Source of the DNA: Klebsormidium nitens
Lineage: Eukaryota; Plantae; Klebsormidiophyceae
Length of the DNA: 64,000 nt
Assembly: GCA_000708835.1 (NCBI GenBank)
Contig: DF237125.1
Location: forward strand, 96,564 to 160,563
Direction: 5' to 3'
The notes below the pieces were generated by a model that searched no databases, had not been told where the DNA came from, and saw nothing but the letters and a program-made list of their open reading frames with translations. Positions 11,301-24,067 of the stretch are shown here, in pieces. The position numbers were made by a program, and so were the translations under genes. How positions within the stretch are numbered: position 1 is the stretch's first letter; every line of letters starts with the position of its first letter.

Positions 11301-14300
11301 CATGCATCGAGGATTGTAGCATCGACCTCTTTTGCTGCTTCATACTCCGCCGGTCCATGCATCGCTTATGCCCCTTGTCACTCACTTATATCTCCCTGCC
11401 TCTCCCCCCCTATGCAGCCTGACCGCCATTGCCCGCCAGCGCATGTCTTTCTTCGGACGCGTCTTGCCTGTGTTGCTGTCGTTGAGCCAGCCCCCAGCGG
11501 ACCCGGGCGCCAGCAACTCAGGGGGGGACGTTAAGCCCCGAGTCCACCCCCCCAGTATCTTGCACGCGCTCAAGACGGCCTACTTGACGCTTGTCCGATT
11601 GCCAGACTCCTCAGTCGCGCCGGTGGGTCTCTGAACATAAGTGTTTGACGTCCTCGACTCTTCAACAACGAACTGAATTTTTGAATGTTCGTTGTTGCTT
11701 TCACTGGGAAAGCTATCATGGAGCATCTGACGTCCTTGTTTGGAAAGTGCTTCAAATATGTTTCTACGTCTGAATGAAAGTACAAGTCTGAGGTAGCTGT
11801 GATGTTGCTGGGGGCATCTTTGCCAGACACGTGAGTAGGCGTTTGGCCAGATATGGATCTTGGAGTCGACTTACCCCTTTCTGTCGGTCTTTGCTGATTT
11901 CGTAGATATTTGCGCCAAAGCTTTTTACTTCTCAATTATAGCATTCTTCTTTTTTGTGTCGATCTCCTATTCTTTGAGTCCCGGAAAAACACTGGTCAAT
12001 CCGACAAGCGCCTCAGAAGCCGCTGACCCCTATTTCTCACTGCAGTGGCGAGAGCGGTTGCTCAGCGGGCTCCGCTCCATCGGTGCCAACGACGCCGCTT
12101 CGACAGAGGAGCGGCGCTTGGAAAAGCAAAGCTCGCAGCAGCGGGAGGCGGCGACTCGCAAAAGAGGTCAGGCACAAGCGCCAGAGCAGACGCAGGGGGG
12201 GGCGCCAACTGGTGACGGACGTGAGGGGGGGCCGAAGCGCGTGAAGAAGGAGGAGGGGGACATCGAGCCGGACGTGAAGCCTGCGGCGGGGGGGCCAAGT
12301 AGATTACCAGGTGAGGGGGGGGGTGTCATCATGCAATTTGAAGGAATGGTGAAGCGTTGGTCTGTCTTTTTCGTCAGCGTAGCCATGACGAAGGCTTCGT
12401 AACATTCAATTGCTGCGTTTGGTTTTATCGAACCCTGTTACATTTGTCGAGTGGCCTTCTCGGCTGCCAAGTCACTGCGATGACTGCTTTTCGTTTCGTT
12501 TTCTGTTGAAGGCTTAAACTGCCACGATCATCTGGCCGTTCGTTTTCTTGGCGCCCGTCTTAGATTGCTGAACCGGATTTTTCCAAGAGGTTTATGAAAG
12601 ACTTTTTCGATAGGCCATGCCCGAAATTTGGATTAGAAGCCCTAAAGGCCTGACTTTCATCATCTAGTAGTTGGGTTCTCGCGACGTTCTTGACCTGGAC
12701 CGACTTTACCACTTGCCAGGTGGCCCGACGCTGGACACGATGCTGGGCCTGGTGTGCCAGCTGGCAGCACGCACCGAGCCGGAAGCCCAAGCTCAGCTAC
12801 GGCAGCTGGTGGACCAAATGCCCATCGGACTGCTTGTCGATCTAGTTATGGCCAGCATGAAGAACGACCCCCTTCCGAAACCGGCGGTTAAGATGGAACC
12901 GGGGGGGGGCGTCCAGGAGGCGAAACCTCCGAAACAGAAGGTAAGGAGACGGGAGGCTTTGAGAGACATGGGTGCTGTAATCTTAGACATGTAGAACATG
13001 GGTGCGAATCTTGGACGATATCTCTCCATCATTCACGAGTTGCTCAGGCTTTTGCAACTCACTTCATGCAATATGTGCCACATCGAAACAGCAGCGCTCT
13101 GTCTTCCGCTGTCTTAAGGTATTTCTCGAGAGAACTTTGGCTTGTAGCCTCTTCTTTGTCCCCACGTCCAGAGAACCAGCCAAGATCCTGATTCAGGTGC
13201 TTTCTCACTGCAGATGCCACCAGGTTTCCCACCTCCCGCCAAACCTGCCCTCCCCCCACAAGTCAAGCGCGAGCACCCTGCGCCGACTCCCCCCCCCTCA
13301 ACTCAGGCTCGCGTCAACCCCCCTCAGCCTTTGGCCCGCACTCCGACCCCCCCCCTCGCGACGGGCCCTCTAGTGGCCGGGGTAGGTGAAGGGCGGTGGG
13401 CGGTGGTTCCGCTGAGCAGTGCTCAGAGGGTCGAACAAGCCCGGGGGGCGATAACCCGGGTTGTCAAGGCGGGGCAGTTAGTGAGGGGGGCGCGCGCGGG
13501 GCAGCTGCGGGCGGCACTCATTGGGAGGATGCTGGCGCAGGTATTGAAATACCTTTGCGCCTTTGCGTGTTTGAATTGGCCCTGTTCATATCTTAAATGG
13601 TTCTTTGTTTTAAGTGTGGCCGAGACGCAGAATGTTCAGGGTATTGGTATGAGCCTGTGCTTGTAAAGTCATTACAATATGCGCGTTCTGAACGGTGAAA
13701 AGAAAGGTTGGTACTCCTGGAAAGCTTCAAGCCCGCTGCTGAGATCAGTGCTCTCGCAACCTGTCACAGTCTCTCTCGCTCTGTTTCGTGAGTCATTTTA
13801 CAGCTGCTTTGTACCAAAGCTGCAAGCGTTGTGTCCTCTTTGCAGGCCGAAGAGGAGGTAGAAACTGGACGGGTGGAGGCGATCGTGGCTCAGCTGTTTG
13901 GAGACGCTCTGCGGAATGACGTGAGCCGTCGGACAGCTTTGTATTATCGTATCTGGCATCAGACCATCCAATTCGCTGCATGATACCAGTTCAAAGAGCG
14001 GAGATCCGGAAACTGACCTCATAATCTCGTCGAATCTGCCTCTTCGCATGACCGTCAAAGAGTGCGCTGGCCGGTTCATACTGATAGACAATAATCTGTG
14101 CTTGTTTGCGTCGTTCTATTTGTGGTCGACTTGTGGTCGATCCTTGCACGGAATCAGCTTTCTCAAAAAAATGATCCAAAGCGCCGCTTTACAGGAGTTC
14201 GGTTCCTTTCGAGTCCAGTTCTTTGTTTTATTTCCAAATTTCTGCTCGGATGACACTTTCTCTGTCCAGAATCCTGCTTTGAAGCAACAGTCTTGCCAAA

Positions 14301-17300
14301 TCGCTGTTCGCCTCGGTTGCAGATTCAGGGCGTTAAGCAACGCACATGGGACTCCTGTTGCGTTGAAGTTACAAAGGGAACAAGTGGGAACGATCACGAG
14401 TATTCGGGCGAAAGCACAACGGATCTCAGCTTGATACCCTGCACTTATTTCTTCATCTTAGTTTTGAACTGTCATTTTTAACCTGTACTTTTTCCGGCAG
14501 GCTCTCGAGGTGGCACTGCAATGGCTGTACTGCATGTACGCGCTGTACCAGCTCCAGCAAGAAGAAGGCGCTGACGTCATGGACGAGGACGGCGCTGACG
14601 TCATGGACGAGGACGGAGTGGGCGCGAAAGCGTTGGCGGTGCTCGACGACGGGCGGGAAGCGCCGGAGGCTTACCAGGCGTTGCTGCTTTTGCTGGTAAG
14701 TTTGGGATTTATGTTTGAGCAAATTTTCGTCTCGCCATTGCGCAACTGTGATTTGACCACCCTTGGTGGAACTTTGATGTTTTACGCGTTGGTATACCCA
14801 CAGTATGATGTCAACGGCTGGTTTGCGCCTGCCTTCGGCAGTCTACCAACCTCGTCTGAGCCTTTCACGCAGCACAAAATCGGTTTGCTCGGTCGAGAGA
14901 GGGCTGCTGGCGGATGCTCTTTTTGTTCCTTCGGAAATGGAGCAGCTACTCCGCAGTTTTTAATCTTAGTTCCAAACGGCTGTCTTTCCAAGGAGCTGCT
15001 TCTGTGCGCTTTTGCTGTAACAGCAGGGGTACGTTTAGTTGCCGCCGAGCCGCCTTAGCAAAGGCCGACAAGGTGAAGGGGCTTGAAAGCCACGGTCGAG
15101 TCTCTGATGTGTCTAGGCTGCATCAGATTGTTTCACGAATAGTATTTATCTCAATTGTCTCATTCGATTGGCCCTCGAGATGGCTCAAACGAGGTGCGAG
15201 GGCTATCTTGTATATTGACCTCTGTAAGAATTTGTGCTTCTTCGTGATGGCGAATAACAAGATGGGCCGTGAGAGTAGATTATCTCGTCCAAGACAAGAG
15301 AGTAGTTTTTATGAAATAGCATACGTGATGCTGGGAAGATCCAGTTTCTTCTATAGTGCGGCACCTGTGCCTGCTGTCCTGCGTTGCTCAACGCACGATT
15401 CGAACGGAAAGTCGGTCATCTCTCAGCAGCGTGCATGAAGTGCCGCCGAATGATAGCCCCCAACGTAGTTATCGCAACTTAAGCTAAGCTACCTCACCAG
15501 TTTGTTCAGACTTGCGGACGGAGCATAGACGCTAAGTTGCAGGCAAATTAGATGATTCTCAAATGAGTATGTAAGAGCGTATGATGTCCGCTTGATTTGG
15601 AATGCAAGGCGTTGCTCACGCGTCGACACTCGCGGGTTTCTGCCTTTTTCGCCGTCGCTTGGGTAGCTTGCCAGTGCGTTAAATGGCGACTAAAGCTTTC
15701 AAGCTCTGGTAGATTTCTGAAATGGGTATATGCAGAACGATCTCGCTTTCACGAGCACGAGCACAGCTAGCCGTTTCGTTGAACCTTCATACGGCTTGCT
15801 GTTCCGTGAATGGCAGAAAATGTTCCTGTTTGAAAGCTACGGTACGGAGCCTGACAAGACGCGGCATTCCTGAAACAAAGATGGGCGCTCGTCTGCCAAC
15901 TCAAATTTGAGGATTACGTTCAGCTCAGTCGCTGATCTGATCCCATGAGCCTGTTAGAGAGCGCTTTGGCTCAAAATGTGGTCTGAAAACGACTGTTCTC
16001 TGGTTTGGACGACCTACTCTGGGCCATCTGCTGACCTCGCGCTCTATTCATTCGCAACATCAAGTGTCGTTCCAGTAGAGGACCTGTGAATTCTCAGGGC
16101 CCCTTTCAAATTTTTGGCACGTCTTTTCGAAATATTTCCCGTGAAATTTGGCCCAGCATCTTGAATGTGCTTTGGCCCTGAAAGACCTCAACGATCCACG
16201 ACGCATCCGCCTTAGACCCTTAAGACCTAAGCTGTCGCCCTTCCTTTTCCAGGCCCGGGCGGCTGCTTCCCGCCTCCCCTCCTCCGACCGCTCTTTCCAG
16301 CGACTGCTCTGCGACGCGCCCGCTCTCCCCCCCTCCATCCTGGCACTTCTGCAGTCCATGCTGTTACCCCCCCCTCCGGAAGCAGAGGACGGGACCCCCC
16401 CGGAAAGTGGGCTACGTGAAGGGGGGGCTGCCGGGTACCTGGAACGCGTCACCCAGAGTCTCAGCGCGCTGTGGGCGCTCATTTTGCAGCGGCCGATGCT
16501 GCGGCATGAGTGCTTGGAGATCGCTCTGAAGGTGAGGGGCTCAGCAAAACTGGTACACGTATGTTCTGTTTCCCTCCCGATTGCTGGCGCAGTGTCAGTT
16601 CTAATCGTAGAGCGGCAGTTATCAGTGAAGAAGGGACTCTTCAGTTGGTTCAGGCAATCGGGCTTTCTACAAGAGGTCAAGGCACATCTCGTGTGGATTG
16701 CACAGAGGCACTCCGTTACTGGAAGATACTGGAAGATAGTGTTAAATTCACTGGACTGCGGCCAAGTGCCTCGCCCTTGACATCCAACTCTGCCTGCATT
16801 CCGCCAAGTCAACAACCAGCATCTGATGCGCATATCTTGTGCTGACGTCGAGTTGATGCCTTGTACTTCAGCCAAGCTCTGTTCTCCGATCAGTAATCAA
16901 TCACAGCAATTGCCTTTTGCAGTGCACGTACGAGCATCCGAATGAGGAGGTGCGAAACAAAGCCATCCGCTTGGTAAGCGTTGTTAACCTTAACGGCTGT
17001 TCACCCTTTTGGTTGACGGAGCAGATTGTCGTCGAGTAGCTCAAGCGACACGGCCCGTGTGTTACGAGCCATTGAGCTAAAGAAAATGCGGACCCTTGTC
17101 GCACACATCCGCTCACACGGCCCGCTTGCCTGTGGTTCCACTAGTGTCGCTCCACCAGCTTGGCGTCGAGTCGTTTCACTTTGACACAAGGAACCGCAGG
17201 AAGCGGTTTAAGGACGCACATCGTCACAACGCGCCCATTCGACATCGAATTGCGCTTCCATCTTTGAACGTTCCGTTCCGTATTTGCGTCACTGGACTAA

Positions 17301-20300
17301 ATGGAGTCTCGAGCCCAAGTTATCGGAACCCTTGTTCCAGGTGGCCAATAAGCTATACCCGCTGCCATACTGCCGAGACGCTATCCAGGCAACGGCCCGC
17401 GAACAGCTGGAAGAAGCGACGCAAGAAGAAGCCGCTCTCGAGGGGGTTTCGCAAGCGGCGGAAAAGGACGACGAAGAAGGGCGCGCGCGTTTAGAGCGCA
17501 CGGAAAGCGGGCGGGAGGCGGGGACGTCGGCGGATGCGGCCAAGCAGAAGATGAGCCTCTTCTTCGGGCTCTGTTACAAGGTGGGTCGAAGCTTTTTGCC
17601 TTTGCGTTCAGAATCACAACCAAGTTCCATTCCCTTCCAACGGACAGGGCACGTTGCTTTTCTTTCGAGGCACTGGTATCAAAACCATTCAAAGAAGCGG
17701 AAGATCGGGACCGGCCATTGCAACTTTCTAATTCACGCTATTTGAAACGCTCAGCTGTACTCTTTGGATTCTCAAGGTCTTCAAATACTCTGGCGTTGAA
17801 CTGTGAACACATCTGGAAGTACCTGGCTTGGGCGTGTCTAGCTTGGCAAACCTAAAAGGGACTGTCGCGGACTGTATCGAAGGACAGCTGTAACTGCAAC
17901 GGCCGTGCGTCCCTTTTGCAGAGCCCCGAGTTGTTGCCCCAGCTGGTGGCTCGCTACGGGAAAGCCGGCAAGGGAGCGAAGCAGGTAAACACGACAGTCC
18001 GAGGTTCATTTGTCTGTTCTCATCCCTGTGCGTTGGATGCTTCTTACCGTGATCCTGTAAACCGCCCGTCAGATCACTGGGATCGCTTGATGCTTGTCAT
18101 GGTTTTGATGCACATTGCGTTTGTAGCTTGTTGCTGCTGCTGTCGTGTGCGCCGCTGTGGCTTTCCTGTCCAGTTTTGCACCGTCAATCCCCGCCAACAT
18201 CCGGTCGTTCTTCACGCGTAAGCCAATCTTGATCCCCTTTCTGCTGATTAAAGAGAATCAGCAGCAATCTGGCCGCGCAAGTGCTGACGTCATGGGGTGT
18301 ATGCAGGCAATCCTGCGGCAGATTCCGCTCTTGCTCAAGTCAGTAGGCCCTGCCTCCCCCCCGGTTCTGGCGATCCTGGAGGACCCCCCCGCCGGTGTGG
18401 AACCGCTGCTTCTCCAGGTAATAAAAGAGCGCCTTGCAAAAGTTCTAATTTCCAAACTTGGCGCTTCGACACTCGATGCTTTCCGTTTCGATCTTTCCAC
18501 GCGACCTTCCATCTCTTTCAGCTCTGCCCAGAAACTTGCTTTTGGAAGTATGTGACGGTGAGACCTGATTGCTGTACCGCCCACTGATATGGGAGAAGTA
18601 GTCAAACAGTAGGTTGGAGCACTAGGAAATCAAAGGTAGTGCCTGGAAAAGTTTGAACCGCCCACGTGCATGAGCAATGTATTCGCGGGCTTAGCACAAG
18701 CAAGCTAGCCCTTGAGAACTGTTTTGCTCTTCTCTCCGCCTTAAATGATTTGATTGCGTGCGCTGCGTGCAGATTCTGAACGTGCTGACGGAGGGCGCGG
18801 CTCCGCCCGAGGAGCTCACCCAGCGCGTCAAGACGCTGTACCAAACCAAGCTCAAGGTGCGGCTTTACTCACCCCTTTCGTCTCGGAAGATCACTGACAA
18901 AATTGCTTGACGTTGAACGGTTTCTATGCTCATTTCTGAGTCACTCAAAAGTGCAATGGTAAGACGCCCCAGGTATGCCTTGCCTCGATCTTTCTTGAAC
19001 CTGAGGCGATGTTGGTATCTTTGCGCAACGCTTTTTCAGCTGAAGACTTGCCCAGATTCTCTGCCCGCCTTTTGATATTTGTCTCGAATGAAGGTTGTGG
19101 GCGCAATCAAAACTTTCGTGCGAGCAAGCGCGTAACCCAAGCTGTGTCGTCGTCACACAAAGTCGTACCGCGTCTTTCTGTGCAGGATGCTCGCTTGCTG
19201 ATTCCAATCCTCTCCTTCATGACCAAGGACGAGGTAAGCTCAGTTCGCTTCCGAGACTGATTGCGCTGGATTAAAACGGCTTACGCTGATGCGTCGCTCT
19301 TTTCAACTCCCGACGTGCGACTTGTTCGCGTTAACAAAGCTCTTGTCCTCTTTGAGGTGGGATACAAGAGCTCTTTTTCCTTTTTGATCTGCGACTAAAT
19401 CCGACTAAAGTCTTCTATGCTGTTGTCCGCCCACCTTTGATTTCTGTAATTCAGGCGCATCAAGTTCGTTACTCGCGGGGCCTCTCTCTTCCTACCGATT
19501 ACGATGACGGTGCACATTATGATTGCGAAGATTGCGGATTATACTTGCGGAAGTCCTATGATGCTCAAATTTTATCCGCAGGCGCGATCCGTGTTCCCTG
19601 CCCTCGTAACACTACCCCTCCCGCAATTCAAGCTGGCCCTCAACCGCCTCCTCCAGGTGATTGAACACACCTTTCCCCATGTTGCACCCACCGCTCTAGT
19701 TCAATGTAGCACGGTGACCTTGGTACGTCGCGGCAGCTGAAGTAGACATTCGTTCATGGCCTCGACAAATTGTTCCAGTGCGCCGTTTCTTGCACTTTCA
19801 TGTTGGGAGTTGCAAACGTGCTGGTGTCACATGGAAGATTGTCTGCCAAAGCTATGGTTCTCAGATCCGGGCTTACTTGTGAAAGCCTGTAGAGACCCTT
19901 CGATTCCATTCTCTGTAATGTTGTTTCTTGCCTCCGTTGAAAAGGGTTTTGGAGCGCAAAAGAAGGCAGACTGGTTGCCGCGGAAGACACTTTCGTCGAC
20001 GTCTCGATCTCCCTTGTCTTTCACTGGCTATCCCGAAGCGATACCAAGCGATCCCGCGCTTGATCTAGTCCCAATCTCTAAAGTAGGGCCATCAGACTTG
20101 AGTTTCGCAATCGTCATAGAGTTGTGCTCCGTACGTGTGCAGGGATCCGCTGCCACGGGCCCAGCGCTAACGCCCCCGGAGGTGCTTGTGGCCCTCCACG
20201 AGGTGGACCCGAAACGGGACGGCGTGCCGCTCAAAAAGGTGCGGTTCTTTTGCCGGATTCCTTCTGCCGCTGTAAACGGCTACGTGTCAGGTTTCGAAAT

Positions 20301-22335
20301 TTCTGAACTTGTGACTGAGGTTAGGAAAGAGGAGCCTAGAATTGCTAGGAACTTTTGAGCCCCCAACTTCGGAGCAGAAATCACATGACAGAACTCGTTT
20401 TGATGGAAATCATGATGCTTCTTTGCTCGATTATGCGGCTGTGTCACTGAAAGCGAGTTTCTCCTGACTCCCTGGAGTTTCTTCTGACATCACGCGCTGC
20501 CTCGCAGGTGACCGACGCTTGCACCGCGTGCATGGCGCAGCGGACCATTTTCACGCCGCAGGTGCTGGCAACGACGCTCAACCAACTGGTGAGACAAGTC
20601 GTTTCGCTGTTGTCGATTGTTCAAAGAAACCGTTGTCGAGCTACTCGGGAGCATTCAGCAGTCGAGAAGTTTTCCGGTGAAAGCCCTTAATCCAAGAAAG
20701 AAATTTGAGAAATGCTGGAGTCGTCTGCTAATTGCGTCGCCGAAAGCGATCTTTCCTGAAGGGGCTCAAAGACTTGTTCTCTTGTTCGACAATCTGCTGC
20801 TTCCTTCCCATCCTTTGAGAACAGCACTTATCTTTAGATGCTTACTGATGACGGGTTGTCTTACGGACCCTAGCATTGCAACGTACCCGCCCGTTGGTGC
20901 ACTGCCATTGAGAAATTGAACATTGGCCAGCGTGTGTTCCCTTAACTTACTTGTTCAGACTGTAAAGAGTGTACCCTCCGCAACGCGGTCATACCGACTC
21001 ACTCCGCCTCTTATTCCGCAAGGATCGATTGCAGACGATTGCGACGCTCAAAGTTGCAGTGTTACCGTCCATTTTAACATAGCGACTTCCGTTCGCAAGA
21101 TTTACCCTTTGATAATCGCCGGTTCTGGCAGGACGGTTTCGAACGGTTTCAAACCACCGATATACAACTTATCCAAAGCGTACACTGCTGGCTGGTCGAA
21201 ACTTAGACGGCGGTTCTTGGTTGTCCCTCAGCCATTCTGTGATCTTTCATCCGCCCTTTCTCCAGGTCGAGCGCAGCCCTATCCCGCTGCTCTTCATGCG
21301 AACCGTCCTTCAAAGCGTCGGCGCGTCTCCCTCGCTGCGCCCCTTCGTAGTTGAGCTGCTGGGCCGACTAGTGCGGCGAGAAATCTGGAACATGCCGCAG
21401 CTGTGGGTGGGCTTTCTGAAAGCGGCGCACCACACCGTCCCCGACTCCCTCCCGGTCCTTCTTCAGGTGCGCCACGGGCTCTCGTTTCGAACAATTGTGG
21501 GGCTTCAGGTTTCAATCAGTTTCAGGGCTTGAGGGTTTGAAGAGGTTGACTTGGAAATGGTCCCGGGAAATGCCGTACCGCCCGCTATAATGACTGAGAA
21601 GTGTCTCGTTACACGCTTCGTTTGCATAAGGGGCGTCTCGAGTTCAAAGGTGTCAGGTTTACGGGCGGAAGCCGCTGAGTGTCGAATCATTCATGGACTT
21701 GGTCTCCAGGGTGTTGTTGAAGCGACTTTCTGTTGGCGGTACCACGGCGAGGCGCGTCGTCTTCGAATGCTGTCGGGGAGCTTTAGGGTTGATTGGCGGG
21801 GAGCATTACCGCCATTGCCGACCAGTATGGATCTGTCGCACGAAGGACATAACAATCCTCTCTCCTGCTAAGTATCGCCTGTGTACCAGCGAACAAACTC
21901 TGGGCCAGACCACTGACCACGCTCTCACTTTAGCCTGACGCTTTCTTCTCTGCTCATACTTGCGAAACAGACGGCTAGAATACCGGATCGTGTCACGTCC
22001 ATACGGTGAATTTATACCCGCTTTCAATCCTTGCTACAGCTACCGGCCCGCCAAGTTGCGGAAGTGGTGGCGAAGAATCCGGACCTGAAGCCGCTGCTGG
22101 CGGCTCACGTCACGCATACGTCAGCAAGGACCGCCTTGCCCAGGTGAGGCGCTACGCCTTGCGGCTTGGACATCCAGTTTTGCTGCACGTTGTTTTGTTT
22201 CGTCGGTTTTACAACAAGTCTTTCCCAGCTGACGAACACCGCTTACTCACATTTTAATCGTGCTCGTCTTCGCATCGAGTGTCATTCACCGTTTGCAGCC
22301 GAGGGCCGGCTAAATCCCCGTGTCTGACGGCTTAA
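8369..22335 (+). CDS. SYMPK: Symplekin (ESP4-like scaffold of the mRNA 3'-end cleavage/polyadenylation complex), about 24 exons
   Basis: Phase-consistent exons: 8369-8565, 9272-9428, 9945-10040, 10338-10437, 10855-11026, 11418-11622, 12046-12310, 12720-12940, 13214-13540, 13846-13920, 14501-14695, 16253-16531, 16923-16973, 17341-17580, 17922-17984, 18307-18417, 18773-18856, 19186-19233, 19582-19656, 20143-20238, 20508-20588, 21266-21466, 22020-22143 and a tentative last exon 22299-22335. Motifs: GVRLYGVKFTEAVILLYTP, LTAIARQR, EEVRNKAIRLVANKLY, DARLLIPILSFMTKDE, LTPPEVLVALHEVDP, PIPLLFMRTVLQ, IWNMPQLWVGFLK (N-terminal HEAT/DUF3453 plus Symplekin_C). Confidence 0.93.
14567..14614 (+). repeat. 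Exact 24-bp tandem duplication inside a symplekin exon (GADVMDED x2)
   Basis: GGCGCTGACGTCATGGACGAGGAC occurs at 14567-14590 and at 14591-14614, in frame. Confidence 0.95.
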
Positions 22336-22949
22336 ACTTCCCACCACTTTTGAACTTTTGCGGGGCCCCAATAATCTTCATGTGACGTTAGAAAAGAGCC
22401 CGACATTCCAACTGCCGTTAGCGTACATGCTAGGCAAATACCTCCAAACGGTTGTCCTCTTCACAAAAAAACGAACAGGCATAAACGGCATTTTGTCACT
22501 CCAAATCAAATTCTGCTAACCTTCAAAAGCCGGGTCTATCAGAAGCAGAACCTGTGGCAAGCTTCCGTGCAGGTCTATCCTAGCGGTACTTGGACTCGCA
22601 AGCGAAGGCGGCCCGGCGTGACACCATTAAGTGGGCACGAATTGTCCACCACCGTTTGGGGTGATCTGAAGACACGTGCCAAACCACGTGGTCGTCATGT
22701 TTCTCCAAAACGGTAAGAGGGCACGAGGTCGAGGACCAAGGAAAGAGTAATCAAGGACGAGGCGACAGGCAGTTGGTGTAGGGACATAGAGTGGGTACAA
22801 GGGCAAGATTACACAGCAAACGGACTCGACTGGACAGGCTGTTTTAAGTGCCTGTTCGGACCAAGTAGCATAATCACGGTCAATTTGCGTCCATTGAGCG
22901 CACTTATCTGGAATCCGTTCCTGATTTCTTGTTTTTGTTGCGGCACTGC

Positions 22950-23900
22950 AGCTTAATGAGTTTTTTGAGAGGCCCGGTTATCATCGGAACTGTTGGCTGC
23001 CTGCCAGGAGTCATTCGACGATCGTCTAATCCAGATCTGCGGCCGAACGCGGCGCGCAATCTGAGTTTGCTATATATCCGAACTTAGTAATAAGCTGTGT
23101 GATTGAGTCATGCCGATGAAGCTTTAGTGCAAGTACGCGTGCCAGCCCATTAAAGGGCCGGGCGGCCCGCCGCGCGCAGCGCCTGCCGTTTCGAACTTCG
23201 TTGGTTGAATAACTGACAAGTCCGATATGACTAGCATGCAACAGTGCCGATGCTACACGTTGTTGCCGCCGGAGCAGATGGCATTAATGTAATTAATGCA
23301 ATTGCACATGCACACTTGCGATCCGATCGAATTTGCACCAGGCTTCGATTTCATCGCATGGGCCGCCGCCGCGGCGCCTTTTATGTGCACGTACTTTCAA
23401 CCTGAATGTTATATCATGATCAAGCTATATTTTAGTATTTTCTGCGTATACTAACCGTTCAATCTAAGGTATTCATGCACCAACGTACACAGCACATGCA
23501 TAGTGTCTGGACTCATATTGTATTAAGAAAGATCATATTTCTTGCGCACCGCGTCAGTACTGAAGAATGATTGCATGCAGATCAACGAACACAGCGCCAA
23601 TTTCATGACTTGATCGAAATGCAGCTTCTCAGGAGTTCAAAGCTGGCCTAGGCTCTAGTAGCCTAGTAGCCTAGACGGTAGCCGGCCCGGGCCTTATTTG
23701 AGCTCACTGATCACGTACTAGATGGAGTGAACGGGCGCTGCGTAGCGCTGCGCTGTGCACGACGCTGCGCAACATCGAGGTACAGTGACATGTATGCATG
23801 GACGGCCGATTCCTTCCGACGGGAGTCTGCAAGCCTTTCGGTTGAATCAAGATCGTTTGCAAAGAATCCTATGACTCACGTTGAATACCCTCTTCCAAAA
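22950..23900. other. Palindrome/CpG-dense intergenic island between the symplekin and GH31 3' ends
   Basis: 10-bp perfect palindromes GACGATCGTC, TGCAATTGCA, TCAGTACTGA and GGCCCGGGCC (23684-23693), plus a CTAG cluster at 23648-23674. Confidence 0.7.
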
Positions 23901-24067
23901 CAAGGCTAGAGTTAGCCACTTCATACAGCCACTTCATACATCCAAAGATTACCGCCACCTGAAGCAATGCGTGTTTGAAGGACCTTAACTTGAACCTTGC
24001 CCTCTGATTAGCTCCTGAGTGTCATTGCACAAAAATCAAACACAAAGCTGGCAGAAACATTTCGTGA

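Noticed and set aside
19756-20358. 200-aa ORF and other long track ORFs inside symplekin, GH31, CDC27, KH and malectin genes (e.g. 11860-12402, 16060-16875, 28968-29579, 40082-40903, 48966-49604, 59723-60319)
   Set aside because: They are exon frames running into introns, or antisense/shifted shadows of GC-rich exons; no independent family signal.
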